This document shows, piece by piece, positions 20,854 to 32,443 of a stretch of DNA of 64,000 bases. This stretch comes from Tetramitus jugosus (taxonomy: Eukaryota > Protista > Heterolobosea): the NCBI GenBank assembly GCA_937625935.1, contig OW569367.1, positions 310,001 through 374,000 of the forward strand, read 5' to 3'. Position numbers and translations under genes: made by a program. Position 1 is the stretch's first letter; every line of letters begins with the position of its first letter. The notes beneath the pieces were generated by a model, which saw only the letters and a list, made by a program, of their open reading frames with translations, had not been told where the DNA came from and did not search any database.

Positions 20854-22149
20854 TTATTGAACAGGAGTTAACTTCAACATTTGCACGTCGTTTGGTGCGA
20901 TTTTGTATGGTGAAGAATAAATTCCATTGTAAATACCCAAATCTTGATGAGTCCACAAATCCCTGACCCTAAATCGTTTGTTCGCACTCACGTGTAAGTG
21001 AGATACCCAATCAATGACAATCTGTTCATCCTTGTACATCCACTCTGATGAGACAGCAGGACCAACATTGAACAATACAATCGCAAATGATCCATCTGAC
21101 AAAGGTTTTACCCAAACTTCTGTATTCTTGCAATAGGATAGGCTGGAGCAGTAACCGTGAAGAAGACCGGATTGTTCGCTGTGTACCATTGTGCCTTGAA
21201 TACCCAGTGGATCTTGATTCACTTCGATCACCTCTCTATTGGAGATGATCTCAAACACCCACGGCAACATACGTCTCAAATCATTACCCAATATTAATGG
21301 AGCGTTAATAATTGCCCATAGAGAGAAGTGTGACTTGGACTGAACAGGTGTCAAACTCACCTTTGGCATGTCCTTCAGATTGAAAACTGTTCCATTTACA
21401 CCGACCTCCAACATGTCTGGGTCGTTCCAAGCACCTGGTCCTGAAAATGAACCTAATTTCTTCTGACTGTCGAGTATCATGACAACTCTGCTCCACATTG
21501 GGAAAATATCCATCGTTGTCCTCCATGAATTGGCAATCTTGGGTGCCCAATTCCAAGTGTCATGTCTGCCCCAGTTACAAATCGAATAAAAGATTGGTCT
21601 TCCCGTCTGATTCAAGGCCTGGCTCATCCTTGTGTAGTCAACCCAAGGCTCAATCATCTCATCAATGGTCAAATGGCAAGTATCGAGCTTCAAATAGTCA
21701 ATCTTCCATTCTGCGAACGTCTGTGCATCCAACTCATAAAAACCGTGAGATCCTGGACGTTTCTGACACGTTTTCTTGCCCACATCACTGTAGATGCCCA
21801 ATTTCAATCCTCTCTTGTGAGCATACTGGCTCAAGAAACGAATACCTCGAGGAAAGCGCTTCGAATCAGGCACTAACCTCTTGGTTGTCACGTTTCTCTC
21901 CATCTCGGCCCAGCAATCATCAATAACAACATACTGATAGCCAATTTTTGACAATCCAGATTGAACCAATTGATCCATAGTATCTAGAATTAACTGTTCA
22001 GAAATGTCACAATTAAAAGTGTTCCAACTGTTCCAACCCATTTGTGGAGTCAACCCAAGACCATTGTCCAAACAGTCAACCAACGAAAACAACAAACAAC
22101 AACTGCACAAGGAAGTAAATAGCAACCGAATCAAAGACATTGAAGACAT
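20854..22149 (-). CDS. Secreted alpha-galactosidase, GH27
   Basis: Signal peptide then LDNGLGLTPQMGWNSWN, IDDCW, DYLKLD, SWRTT.DI, WNDPDMLEVG. Confidence 0.95.
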   Translation of the reverse strand: MSSMSLIRLLFTSLCSCCLLFSLVDCLDNGLGLTPQMGWNSWNTFNCDISEQLILDTMDQLVQSGLSKIGYQYVVIDDCWAEMERNVTTKRLVPDSKRFPRGIRFLSQYAHKRGLKLGIYSDVGKKTCQKRPGSHGFYELDAQTFAEWKIDYLKLDTCHLTIDEMIEPWVDYTRMSQALNQTGRPIFYSICNWGRHDTWNWAPKIANSWRTTMDIFPMWSRVVMILDSQKKLGSFSGPGAWNDPDMLEVGVNGTVFNLKDMPKVSLTPVQSKSHFSLWAIINAPLILGNDLRRMLPWVFEIISNREVIEVNQDPLGIQGTMVHSEQSGLLHGYCSSLSYCKNTEVWVKPLSDGSFAIVLFNVGPAVSSEWMYKDEQIVIDWVSHLHVSANKRFRVRDLWTHQDLGIYNGIYSSPYKIAPNDVQMLKLTPVQ

Positions 22150-22579
22150 TGTTTGGAGTGAACTGATTTTTGATTTTGTTCTGGTTGGGATTTTTGATTT
22201 ATGACATCTGAGTTGGGTATTAACGAGTGCACGTTCTTCCTTTTGTTCAAAGAGAAACAAATTTCACACCAATGTCTCATGTTAACCCACAACTTAATCT
22301 TCTCAGATAAGATCGAAAAACCATTCAAGTCGTTGACCGGAGAGCAACGGACAAGGATTCCGTTCAGAAAATTGCGCAAATTGGTCTCTCCAAACTCGGA
22401 ACATCGCCCCTTCAACCTGTTTTTGGGAGAGATCGGAGTAACCCACATAATGAACAAACGAAAAGAAAACCACGACCCTACAACAAAGAAGAACACTTGA
22501 AGTCACATTCAAACGGAAAGAGAGCTCTATAGACACATATTTTTTTGGAGAGCTGTGTGAATAATAACAACGACACAAT

Positions 22580-23863
22580 ATGACCATGACCAACAACAAC
22601 TACGATGCTTACTCTACGTTTGACGATTTTTCAATTGGTGGTAGCAGTAGTGGTAGCAATGATCTTGCATCGTTGTTGTTTCCCATGTCGTTTGCTTCTG
22701 TAACGGCCAATAATGGAACTGTGGGGCCTTCAAAGGGGGAGCTTGTTTTGGCGCGCATTTCTAGCCTTGCTGATTATGCTTCGTTTGTGGCGACGGGAAT
22801 TTATTTACTGTATGTTTTGGCGCGAACCTTGTATTCTGTGCCTTGGGCAGCGTGTCCGCCAGTGCGAAAGCTAAAGAATATGATCATGCCGAAAAAATCC
22901 AAAGCGGCAGCAGCTGCGGCACCCCACGCAACATGGTCTGACTTTTATGTGCGATCACAGTCAGAGTGCTACTTGTTGTCGAGACCAGTAGGGCGCATTA
23001 TTCTGTGTCTCATATTCACAGAATTTTTAACTACGATGCCATCCATGATCAACAAGTATTATGTCAACAAGGACATCAAAGCGCCGCAGAGCTTTTGTGG
23101 ATACCAAGGCTTTTCCATTCAGTTCTTTGGTCTTGCAACTCACTTTTGGTGTCTTGTTATTGGTATTTGGATGTTTTGGATTCTTGTGCTGCAAAACAGA
23201 TCGAATCTGAGGAATTTGGAAATGTTGTCACACATTTTTGTGTGGGGTGTTTCTGCTGTATTAGTCACTATACCTATAGGCATGGGTTTGTTTGGTGGTG
23301 CAGGTGGTTACTGTTGGATTCATGGAGGTACAAAGCAGGGAATTGCACTGCGGTTCGGTGTATTCTATATTCCATTGTGGCTTTCTTTGTTTACTGTGAT
23401 CATACTGTATATTATTACCATCATACATATGCTGCGGGTACAAACTAGATCTCTTCGAAACTCTACTCGTCAAAAGAAGATGAAGCACATATCGACGAGT
23501 ATGAAACTGTATATTAAGTTGCTTGGGCTGCCGATGATTTATGTCATTTGTTGGACATTTCCTAGTATCAGAAGAATTGCAGAGATTAAGGTCAAGAACA
23601 TACCTGTTTGGCTCAAATTTATGCACGGCATCTCCAGCAGTCCTCATGGCTTCTACAATACGCTTCTGTTCTTTGCGAGTGAGTTGATTGGTTCCTTCTT
23701 CGATAGAAGGGCAAGAATGCGATCAGAACATCAAATATGTGATGTTCATCTCCAAGAGTCAACCGTCGATTACATTCGGTGGATGGAAGAGGGAAATGAA
23801 ACAGAGGATGAGAACCTGGAAGCTGATGTTCAATCCCAGACTGAGCAACCCCTTGAATTGTAA
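22580..23863 (+). CDS. 7-TM GPCR, cAMP-receptor-like (Dicty_CAR/Git3-type)
   Basis: FCGYQGFSIQFFGLA..W, GGAGGYCWI, FYIPLW, YVICW.F, HGFYN. Confidence 0.85.
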   Translation: MTMTNNNYDAYSTFDDFSIGGSSSGSNDLASLLFPMSFASVTANNGTVGPSKGELVLARISSLADYASFVATGIYLLYVLARTLYSVPWAACPPVRKLKNMIMPKKSKAAAAAAPHATWSDFYVRSQSECYLLSRPVGRIILCLIFTEFLTTMPSMINKYYVNKDIKAPQSFCGYQGFSIQFFGLATHFWCLVIGIWMFWILVLQNRSNLRNLEMLSHIFVWGVSAVLVTIPIGMGLFGGAGGYCWIHGGTKQGIALRFGVFYIPLWLSLFTVIILYIITIIHMLRVQTRSLRNSTRQKKMKHISTSMKLYIKLLGLPMIYVICWTFPSIRRIAEIKVKNIPVWLKFMHGISSSPHGFYNTLLFFASELIGSFFDRRARMRSEHQICDVHLQESTVDYIRWMEEGNETEDENLEADVQSQTEQPLEL

Positions 23864-24063
23864 TACAGTGAGTTGGGTAACATCTTGCCTAGCAAGAATA
23901 GGCTTCTCAAGAAGTTCAAAATTTTGTTTTACAATAAATTAGGTCGTAGGTGATTTGTGAGTACTCCTTGAAAAATATCCATGCAGTAGTGCGGAGAAAG
24001 TTTGACCAAAATGCTCAAAAATTTTTCTTTCGATTGGGGTGATCTTTTTGTGTGAACAAAAAC

Positions 24064-25443
24064 ATGAGTAAGAGAGTTGTAATCACAGGATTAGGCATCG
24101 TTTCTCCACTGGGTCACTCCATTGAATCATTCTGGGGTGCATTGTTGAAAAATCAAACGGCCATCCGTTCCTTCCCGCCTTTTCATCCAGAAATGGCCGA
24201 TCCGAGCGCAACTACAGCTAACGGCGCCAAATTAGCTGCGCAGTGGAACGACTTGAAAATACCTGTCAAGGTCGCCGCCAGTATCGACTCACATGATTTT
24301 CTGAACAATCATCTGCGTCCTTACCTTCAATCTCCACAATGCCACAAGGATATTGTGCAATCAAGAATTACGCCATTCATTCAATATGCTCTGATTGCGA
24401 CCAATCAAGCTTTGAAGGATGCAAACTGGAACCCTAGAGAGCTAACAATGAGAGATCAGTTAAACACTGGTGTTGTACTTGGTTCAGGCATGCCTGATAT
24501 AGATGAAGTTACGACAGTTCATGATCAAGTGCAACAGCACAATTATCGTAGGGTCAATCCACTGTTCATACCCAAAATGTTGATCAATATGCCTGCTGGT
24601 TATGTTTCGATTCAACATCAACTCAAGGGGCCTAATGTCTGTGTCAGTACAGCGTGTGCAACAGGTGCACAAGCTATTGCTGATGCATACCGATATATTC
24701 AGTTTGGTGATGCAAAGGTTATGGTTGCTGGTGGAACGGAAGCTAGTTTGAATGCAGTGTGCTTTGCTGGATTCTCAAGATTGAGGGCACTGTCTCTGAG
24801 TGATAATGAATCTGCTTCGAGTCCATTTGATGCCAATAGAACTGGATTTGTTATGGGAGAGGGATCCGGAGTCGTAGTTCTTGAAGACTATGAGCATGCA
24901 GTGAATCGAGGTGCAAAGATTTATTGTGAAATGACTGGGTATGGTTTGTCTGGTGATGCCTATCACATTACCTCTCCTTCACCTGATGGTGATGCAGCTA
25001 CAGCTGTGATGAAGAGAGCTGTGGCAGGTGATGTCATGGCACCAAATGATCATTCTGCCTTCAAGCAAGTTGACTATATTAATGCTCATGCCACATCAAC
25101 CAAGGTCGGTGATCGAATCGAAATGAATGCCATCATGAAGTTGTTTGGAGAGTCAAATCCAGATCTTCGTGTCAGCAGTATCAAGGGATCCATCGGTCAT
25201 CTGCTGGGCGCATCTGGCTCTGTCGAAGCCATTGCAACCATCCTGTCCCTCTACAACAACCAAATTCCAGTAACTCGAAATCTAACGCAGTTGGATGAAG
25301 ATGTCAACGAGAATGAACAATGGAGGAAGGTGTTCATGGTCGGTGAACAACACGGACAACCACACAATATTCGAACTGCCGTTTCCAACTCATTTGGTTT
25401 CGGAGGAACGAATGCCTCCCTTTGCTTTACCAAACATTCATAA
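24064..25443 (+). CDS. OXSM: 3-oxoacyl-ACP synthase II (FabF/OXSM type)
   Basis: RVVITGLGIVSPLG, STACATG, INAHATST, KGSIGHLLGA, SNSFGFGGTN. Confidence 0.92.
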   Translation: MSKRVVITGLGIVSPLGHSIESFWGALLKNQTAIRSFPPFHPEMADPSATTANGAKLAAQWNDLKIPVKVAASIDSHDFLNNHLRPYLQSPQCHKDIVQSRITPFIQYALIATNQALKDANWNPRELTMRDQLNTGVVLGSGMPDIDEVTTVHDQVQQHNYRRVNPLFIPKMLINMPAGYVSIQHQLKGPNVCVSTACATGAQAIADAYRYIQFGDAKVMVAGGTEASLNAVCFAGFSRLRALSLSDNESASSPFDANRTGFVMGEGSGVVVLEDYEHAVNRGAKIYCEMTGYGLSGDAYHITSPSPDGDAATAVMKRAVAGDVMAPNDHSAFKQVDYINAHATSTKVGDRIEMNAIMKLFGESNPDLRVSSIKGSIGHLLGASGSVEAIATILSLYNNQIPVTRNLTQLDEDVNENEQWRKVFMVGEQHGQPHNIRTAVSNSFGFGGTNASLCFTKHS

Positions 25444-25572
25444 AGCATTTATTTATTGTAGTGTAATTGATCAACATTTTGTATTTGAGAAAAGACTTGC
25501 AGTCATTGTATTTGGTATCTCTCAATATTATAGTACAGGAAAATCTTTGCAGATTGAAATACATTCAATAGA

Positions 25573-27171
25573 TTACAGAGGAGACAAGATTTCATCCATT
25601 GGACAATCATTCTCCTGTATGGACAATGGATCAATGCCGTATTTGACCTTACCGGCTGATCTTCGATCGCTGCCGGACTTTGCTTCCGCGTCCACAGATG
25701 CGTGATAGTTCTCGGTGACCAATCGACGAATATTGTGTTGACTCCAATAAGTCTCCAATCTTCTTGGTGTTTTGGCCTCTCGCTGCTCCATTGGAATCCA
25801 CTTCTTATCCTTGTCACCAATATACTTTTGTCTTGGTCTGAAAATACGAACACCACTCGGGTCCTTCAATGCCTCATTCCAATGTGCCAACCATCCGGCT
25901 ACTCTTGGAATAGTGAACAAAACGGGGAACATGTCTGTTGGGAAACCCATTGCCTGATAAATCAAACCACTGTAAAAATCAATGTTCGGATAGAGCTTAC
26001 GAGACACAAAGTAATCATCAGCCAATGCTTGTCTCTCCAACTCCTCTGCAATCTCCCACAAGTGTGTTCTGGGGCACACCTGGAACACATCCTGTGCAAT
26101 CTGCTTCAGAATGGACGCTCTTGGATCATTGTTCTTGTAGATTCTGTGACCGAATCCCATCAATCTTCGCTTCTTGGACTTGACACCATCGAGGAACGCA
26201 GGAATATTCTCCACGCATGCAATCTCCTTGAGCATGCGCAAAACAGCTTCATTGGCACCGCCATGCAATGGTCCATAGAGAGCACCAGCAGCAGCAGACA
26301 CTGCAGTGTACGGATCGACAAGTGAGCTACTCACATGTCTCATGGTAGCCGTAGAGCAATTCATCTCATGATCCGCATGCAGAATAAACATGACATCAAG
26401 AGCTTTCGCAAGAACAGGATGTGGCTTGTATTCAGGCTCTGACAAGCGATCCATCATGTACAAAAAGTTTTCCGTATAGGACAAGTTGTTCACAGGATTG
26501 TTGTAGGGTCTTCCGATGCGATGCCTGTACGCACAGGCAGCAATCGTGGACACCTTACCCAAAATTCTAAAAATTTGCTTATTTCTCAAATTTTCATCGC
26601 GATAAAGATTGGCGCCCTTGAGCGCAGGATTGGCCTCCTCGTAAAACGTGCTCAATGCAGCCATGGAGCTAATGAGCATGCCCATGGGGTGAGCATCATA
26701 ACGAAACGTTTCCATCTGAGACACCAAATTCTCATGAATAAACGTGTGAGTCATAATTTTTCTCTCCCAATCATCGTATTCCCTCTTGGAGGGCAATGAA
26801 CCGTAAATGAGCAGATAGGAAACTTCTAAAAAATTGGAGTGGCGAGCCAACTCTTCAATCTTGTATCCTCTGTACATCATGACACCATTCTCGCCATCAA
26901 TGTAGCAAATGGAAGAGGCAGCAACAGCAGTGTTCATAAAAGCAGCATCAAACAGAGTAAGACCAGTGGGATCTTTGTCTGACAGTGTCAATTTCTTGAA
27001 TTCAGTGGCGTCGATAAAGCTTTCATCTGTAATGGGTATCTCAATTGTTTTTCCAGTTCGATTGTCAGTTACTGAAATGGTGTTTTTTGTTGTTGTTGTT
27101 GTTGTGGTGGTGGTGGTGGTGGTTTGTGGTGGAGGTGGAGTGGTATCCTCCAGTGAAGCACTACTTGTCAT
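25573..27171 (-). CDS. Citrate synthase, peroxisomal/glyoxysomal (bacterial-like) type
   Basis: LHADHEMNCST, LYGPLHGGANE, GFGHRIYK..DPRA, YPNIDFYSG. Confidence 0.95.
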   Translation of the reverse strand: MTSSASLEDTTPPPPQTTTTTTTTTTTTKNTISVTDNRTGKTIEIPITDESFIDATEFKKLTLSDKDPTGLTLFDAAFMNTAVAASSICYIDGENGVMMYRGYKIEELARHSNFLEVSYLLIYGSLPSKREYDDWERKIMTHTFIHENLVSQMETFRYDAHPMGMLISSMAALSTFYEEANPALKGANLYRDENLRNKQIFRILGKVSTIAACAYRHRIGRPYNNPVNNLSYTENFLYMMDRLSEPEYKPHPVLAKALDVMFILHADHEMNCSTATMRHVSSSLVDPYTAVSAAAGALYGPLHGGANEAVLRMLKEIACVENIPAFLDGVKSKKRRLMGFGHRIYKNNDPRASILKQIAQDVFQVCPRTHLWEIAEELERQALADDYFVSRKLYPNIDFYSGLIYQAMGFPTDMFPVLFTIPRVAGWLAHWNEALKDPSGVRIFRPRQKYIGDKDKKWIPMEQREAKTPRRLETYWSQHNIRRLVTENYHASVDAEAKSGSDRRSAGKVKYGIDPLSIQENDCPMDEILSPL

Positions 27172-27714
27172 TGATTTCTGTTAGTTGTTGCTTGTTGTTA
27201 CTGTTGGTTGTTGTTAAAAGCTTTTTTTTGTATGCTGCTGCTGTTGGATCAGGAAGGCCTTGGGCGTAAATGTGAAACCAAAAGCTTTTTTGTGTTCGCT
27301 GCGCACCCATGGGTTGTTGCTATTTTTAACGTTGTTGACTGCAGATGAAAATGAAACAGCAATCTCTACGTTGGGCAAATAATCCGGACTGAAGTGCCAA
27401 CAGTGCACAACATGACTTGAGTCACTAAGGAACGTTTTGTATGCTGGGGAAGAAGGTATTTCGTTCAATTATTGAAGATGCCTCTTGCATGCTTTCCAAT
27501 TCATAGGTATTGTGTCGCAATTTTGCTTTTGATTTCTTGGTTGTCACAAGGGTTATTCTCTCCCATCATTGTTGTCATTCTGATGATGATTCATGGAGGT
27601 GGTTGAAGAAGATCAGTCAACCGAACAATATTCCGATCAATCGAAAAATTCGAAAAACTAAAAAAACACAAACACAAAGAGTGCCATTATCTCTGTTAAC
27701 AAGAATATATACTA

Positions 27715-28978
27715 ATGTCCTCCGCAAACTCATTCAGTCTACTTGAAGACACCACCAGCTCCGACACCGTCGAGATCGCAAAGAAGAGAGCTCAACAAAA
27801 GCAAGTTGAAGCTGCCAAGATCGCACAACAAAAGAAGGTTGACGCTGCTGCCAAGGTTGCTACCGCTGAAGAAGAAAAGAAGGGAGCAAAGGCCAAGAAG
27901 GGTATGTTTTTTTCAACATCACAATATTTTTTGTCACAAAACGTTCTCTTGTATGATTGATCACTAACGTCTTTTTTGTATTTTTAGTCGTTGAAGCAAA
28001 AGGTTAATATCACTCAAAAAATATTTGTCAATTTATGATTCAAATGCCATTTTATTGATGAACTTGACATTAACATTATTATTGCTATTTTATTGCATTT
28101 CATTATTTTACAGAATCTGCTACTGTTGACAATGCTGGTTTTGAACAAAAGAAGCAAGTCAGAAACACTGGCAAGGGTCCACACAAGAAGCACGTTGCTC
28201 CAAAGACCGGAAGACAATTCGACAGACACTCTGGCACAGGCAGAGGGTAAGTTTGATCTTGTACAACTCTTAGATTATTATTTTTGTTCATTTGTTGACC
28301 ATTTTTTTTCAAAAATATTTTAGTAAGGAAGTCAAGAAGCAAGGCGGTGGTGCTCACAACTGGGGCAAGTTGCCAGGCAAGGACGGTGAAAAGTCCATCT
28401 ACAAGGTCTCCAAGACTGAAGAAGAGCCAACAACTCCAGTCACTCCTGCTACCACTGAAGAAAAGCCAGTTGAAGAGACTGTTGCTCCTGCTACTACTGA
28501 AGTTAAGCCAGAAGAAGAAGTCGACAACACTTTGACTTATGACCAATTGTTGGAACAAAAGAAGAAGGCTAAGGCTGCCATCAAGGTTCAATCCAGAAAG
28601 GCTAACGAAGCTGCTGTTGAACCATCATTGTTGAAGGCCAGCAAGATCGTCAAGGAAGACACTGTTGATGCTGTCATCAAGGTCCAAGGTGTTGATATTA
28701 AGTTGAAGAAGGCCGCTAAGGTCAACAAGAAGCCTCAACAAAAGAAGGGCAAGACCATCACTGAATTCTTCGCTGGAGACAAGGCTGCTCTTGAATCCTT
28801 GGAACAAGCTCATCAATGGAAGGGTGACAACATCCCAAGAGCTCCACGTACTTTTAACGGACCAAAGGGAGCCCCTCGCACTGGAGGAAACCCAAAGGCA
28901 CCAAGAAAGAATGCTCCACGTAGCTCCAAGCCTGCTCCAACTTTCAACAAGGAAGCTGACTTCCCAGAGTTGAAGTAA
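27715..28978 (+). CDS. SERBP1: SERBP1/Stm1/HABP4-family RNA/ribosome-binding protein; join(27715-27901,27988-28002,28114-28246,28324-28978)
   Basis: Three GT-AG introns restore RQFDRHSGTGRG-KEVKKQGGGAHNWG; N-terminal NSFSLL and C-terminal DFPEL. Confidence 0.85.
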
Positions 28979-29092
28979 ATTGTTCTCTGAAACAATTTAT
29001 GCGCTCGTTTTAGATTCTGTGAGTGCACTCAATCATCATCTAAACCTATTATAAAAATAACAAAATACTCTACATTGTTGTGATTGTATTTC

Positions 29093-29774
29093 TTATGTCT
29101 CATTTTTATTATTTTGGATGTTTTGCTGGAACAAGACTTCCAAGTTCCGATATGGCTGATATTCTTCTTCCTCCAAGGCTTCGATCGCAATTAGTTTGTC
29201 ATTGTTCATTGCCTGTTTCAAATGTTCTAACGATTCAAACTTGTCATAACCTCTGATGTAACCAGTAATGACAAGCTTGAGCTCTTCACCATAGAAATCT
29301 CGTCCAAAATCATGCAGCAAATGAGGTTCAATCGTTCGATGTTTCGAATCTCCAAAATGTGGATTATCACCAATACCCAACACTGTTTTGTACACTGGAC
29401 CACCGCTCACATTGGCCCAACCAATAAAAACACCTGTATCAATGTGACACAACTCATCATTGTAGTCATCAGCAGGTAAATTGGCAGTGGGCATACCCAG
29501 TAAGGAACTACCTCTTCCGAATCCCTTGGTCACTTTTCCATGAATAAAAATGGGTTTGATCAATGGCCATGTGCTCTTCACACCTTTGACAACGTCATCA
29601 TCACACGAAGAAAAAATTCAATTGTTTTCAATTTTCAATTTTCAATCAACAACAACAACATCAAAAAAAAAGAATGGATTGTCGTCATTAGAAATGCAAG
29701 GTCAGTCAAAAATGTCACACATCATTGATCACATGACAAAAATGCATACTTTTCGATTTAAGAAACGAGTGCAT
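29093..29774 (-). CDS. RFK: Riboflavin kinase; probable join(29750-29774,29093-29583)
   Basis: GKVTKGFGRGS..LG.PTANL, GDNPHF, EPHLLHDF..DFYGEEL; the ATG is supplied by a small upstream exon through a GTATG..AAG intron. Confidence 0.88.
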
Positions 29775-30055
29775 ATGTTCAATATCGGTGCTGCTATTGT
29801 TATCAAATGATTGTTGTTCGTTACTGGTAGGGGTTGGTGACATTTCTCAATACGCACACGCACAATTTGTTTTTGTTGTTGTTGTTATTGTTGTTTGATG
29901 TTTACTAAATGTATGCGTTCGATGTTCTTGTTGTTGTGCATGGACAACTTCGTTTTGGTGCCCAAAATATGCGCATCTTTTTTTCGCCGACTTTGCTCCG
30001 TTGGGGTGTTTTTTGCGCCTTTTCTCGTTGTCGGTCTTGAAAATCCCAAGTTCCA

Positions 30056-31550
30056 ATGGCCTTTTACGATAAACTGTTGAAGACAACTAAATTCATTAAC
30101 GGAAGACAAGTCTCGTTCGTGTATGAACCGGAGTTCTAGAGTTTGAAGGTTAACAGTTAGTATGAATGCAGCGAGTACCTATGAAAAGTTTTTGCCGAGA
30201 GAGTTCTTGTCTCAACTTGGTGAAGGGAATGAAGAGTCAGTCAATAGTAGCACCACGAAGGAACTCTCACTCTTGTTTGCTGACTTTCAAACTCTTGTGA
30301 GTAGTGTTGATAAGATGGCTGTTTCGGATGCTTTTGAATTCTTAAATTTTATTCTAGGTAGGATCGCTACACCGATTAGTGTAAATAATGGTTTTGTTCA
30401 CCAGTTTTTGGGAGATACTTTGACTGCTTTGTTTTCTGGTAGTTCAGAGGAGGTAGTTAGAGCCTCTGTTCAAATAATAACGTCTATAAGGGAGATTCAA
30501 CATGAAAAGAAACTGTTTGCCAATAGAAAGTACCCAGATATTCGCCTAGGTCTTCACTATGGGCCAATGAAACTGGGTACTGTGAAATTTACGGATTATC
30601 GATATGATACATCGTTTCTATCTCCTGCAGTCCCAATTACGAAACAACTAGTTTTATTCGCAAAAACTCTCAATATCCCTATCATAGCGACGAATGTAGT
30701 GATGGATCGATTAAACAGTCAACGAGACTTGGAAAACCAGGATGTGACTTGTTGTTGCTTGGGAAAATTCTTTTTCAAGGAGTTTGGAGCAACATTCGAA
30801 CTCCATCAACTGTATGACAAGAGGTGGGACGCTTTTCTGTTTTCTGACGAACGAAAGAAGCAATTCTTAAAGGGATTAGAAATGTTTCAACAACGAAAGT
30901 TTGTTGCTGCCATGACTATTTTCTCAAAACTGCACAAGTTAAACGACAACGACCTCGTTTCACAATTCTTTTCCAAGGTGAGCAAAATGTATCAGCAAGT
31001 ACAACCACCTCAGAATTGGGATGGGTGTATATTGATTGATCGAGATTGCAAACCCAATCCAATAGGTTCAAAATCAAATAGTTTCTACTTGCAGACTGGA
31101 ATATCGGCATATCATCACTTTGGAGATGAACAGTTACTAAGTAATGGTAAGGACAAGGAAGAGGAAATTAAATTATTGAACGAATCTTTGAACCAGAAGA
31201 GTGTTACGATACGAGATATGAAGGAAATTTTGTCTGTGAAGGAGCTAGAAATTGCTAGGTTACAGGAGATTACTGATGTCCTGGTCAAAGAAAAGAAGAC
31301 TGATGTTGAAAAGCTGAAACATCAAGTCGAACAACTAAAGTCAAGACTAGGAGAAGGATCTGGACGAAGTTGGTTGCGGAAGAATGACACTTGTGAAAAC
31401 AGCTCACCAAACCTCTTTAGCAAATGCTTTCCATGCATAAGTTCTCCAAAGAAGGACCGTCGAATCGCACCAGAAACAGACAACACCAGAAAGTTTCACA
31501 CGACTCCCAAACAAAAGCGAAGGTCGACAGACATCCACACCAACAGATGA
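30056..31550 (+). CDS. Class III adenylate/guanylate cyclase-like protein (probably inactive) with coiled coil; possible short exon 30056-30120
   Basis: YEKFLPREFL, LLFADF, FLGDT, GLHYGPM.LGTV, PPQNWDG; main ORF 30162-31550. Confidence 0.75.
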
Positions 31551-31727
31551 TCCAGAAGAAGGGTATTGTGATCCACGCCCTCACATGTTTGCCAATAAAA
31601 CTACAGCCTGTATTTGCACCGACATCGTCTCCAACATCCAGAGCTTTCTGGAAGTGAGAGATTTCCCCTCAACTAACAAGAGAAAAAAAATCAAACAAAC
31701 ACACCAACAATAACAAGAAAGCAGAAG

Positions 31728-32300
31728 ATGATGCACAGAGAATTTGATCAAGCAAGAGACAGAGCCATACGGAAGAGAATTATCGGCATATACAATAAAC
31801 GGTTAGACGACTTCACCTCACTCAAAGAATACAATGACTATCTCGAACAAGTGGAAGACATCATTTACAATCTAGTGAACGACATGAACGTGGAAGAAAC
31901 CAATGAAAAAGTGGCAAAATACAAGGAAGAAAATGAGAATAACATTCGCATGAATCGTATCAAACTCAATAGAGAACAAGAAGAAAGAATACGAAAAGTG
32001 AATTTACTCAAACAACAGCAACAGCAACAGCAACAAGAGGTTGATGGTGAGTTGAATGGAGATGGAACGACAATGATGATGGCGGATGACGCGCTAGGAA
32101 CGAATGCAGCAGCAATCGCTCAACAACAACAGGGATTCTTGTTCAATTATAGGCAACCAAGAACGTTGTCAAGTGTAAAATCAGCGGCTTCAATGACTAA
32201 TGATGCTACGTCACGGGCATTGAGAATGAAAGCTAGTGGTTACAATCAGAATTATCCATTGTTGAGAGCACGGATAGAAGCAGATCAAACAGTGTTCTAA
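31728..32300 (+). CDS. MNAT1: CDK-activating kinase assembly factor MAT1 (RING-less form)
   Basis: IRKRI..IYNKRLDDF.SLKEYNDYLEQVEDIIYNLV; C-terminal ASGY..RA..EA. Confidence 0.85.
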   Translation: MMHREFDQARDRAIRKRIIGIYNKRLDDFTSLKEYNDYLEQVEDIIYNLVNDMNVEETNEKVAKYKEENENNIRMNRIKLNREQEERIRKVNLLKQQQQQQQQEVDGELNGDGTTMMMADDALGTNAAAIAQQQQGFLFNYRQPRTLSSVKSAASMTNDATSRALRMKASGYNQNYPLLRARIEADQTVF

Positions 32301-32443
32301 TCAAAATAAAAAATCAAGCGAAAGGAGAAAAAGGAATTGTTCCGAATTTTCTGTGCCAAAGAAAAATCAATCCAAAGAAACAAATCATTGAAGTCCTCTC
32401 GGATCAGATCAGATCATCCGAACCCAAAAAATCAATTCAAAGA

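Noticed and set aside
27085-27135. Trinucleotide and dinucleotide runs (also 43676-43694, 53152-53172, 53806-53826)
   Set aside because: Ordinary microsatellites encoding poly-Thr/Asn or lying in introns
29584-29749. Intronic C/D snoRNA in the riboflavin kinase intron
   Set aside because: ATGATG and CTGA occur, but there is no terminal box D or stem and no recognisable rRNA guide
31728-32300. Missing RING finger in MAT1 as a novelty
   Set aside because: RING-less MAT1 is known from plants
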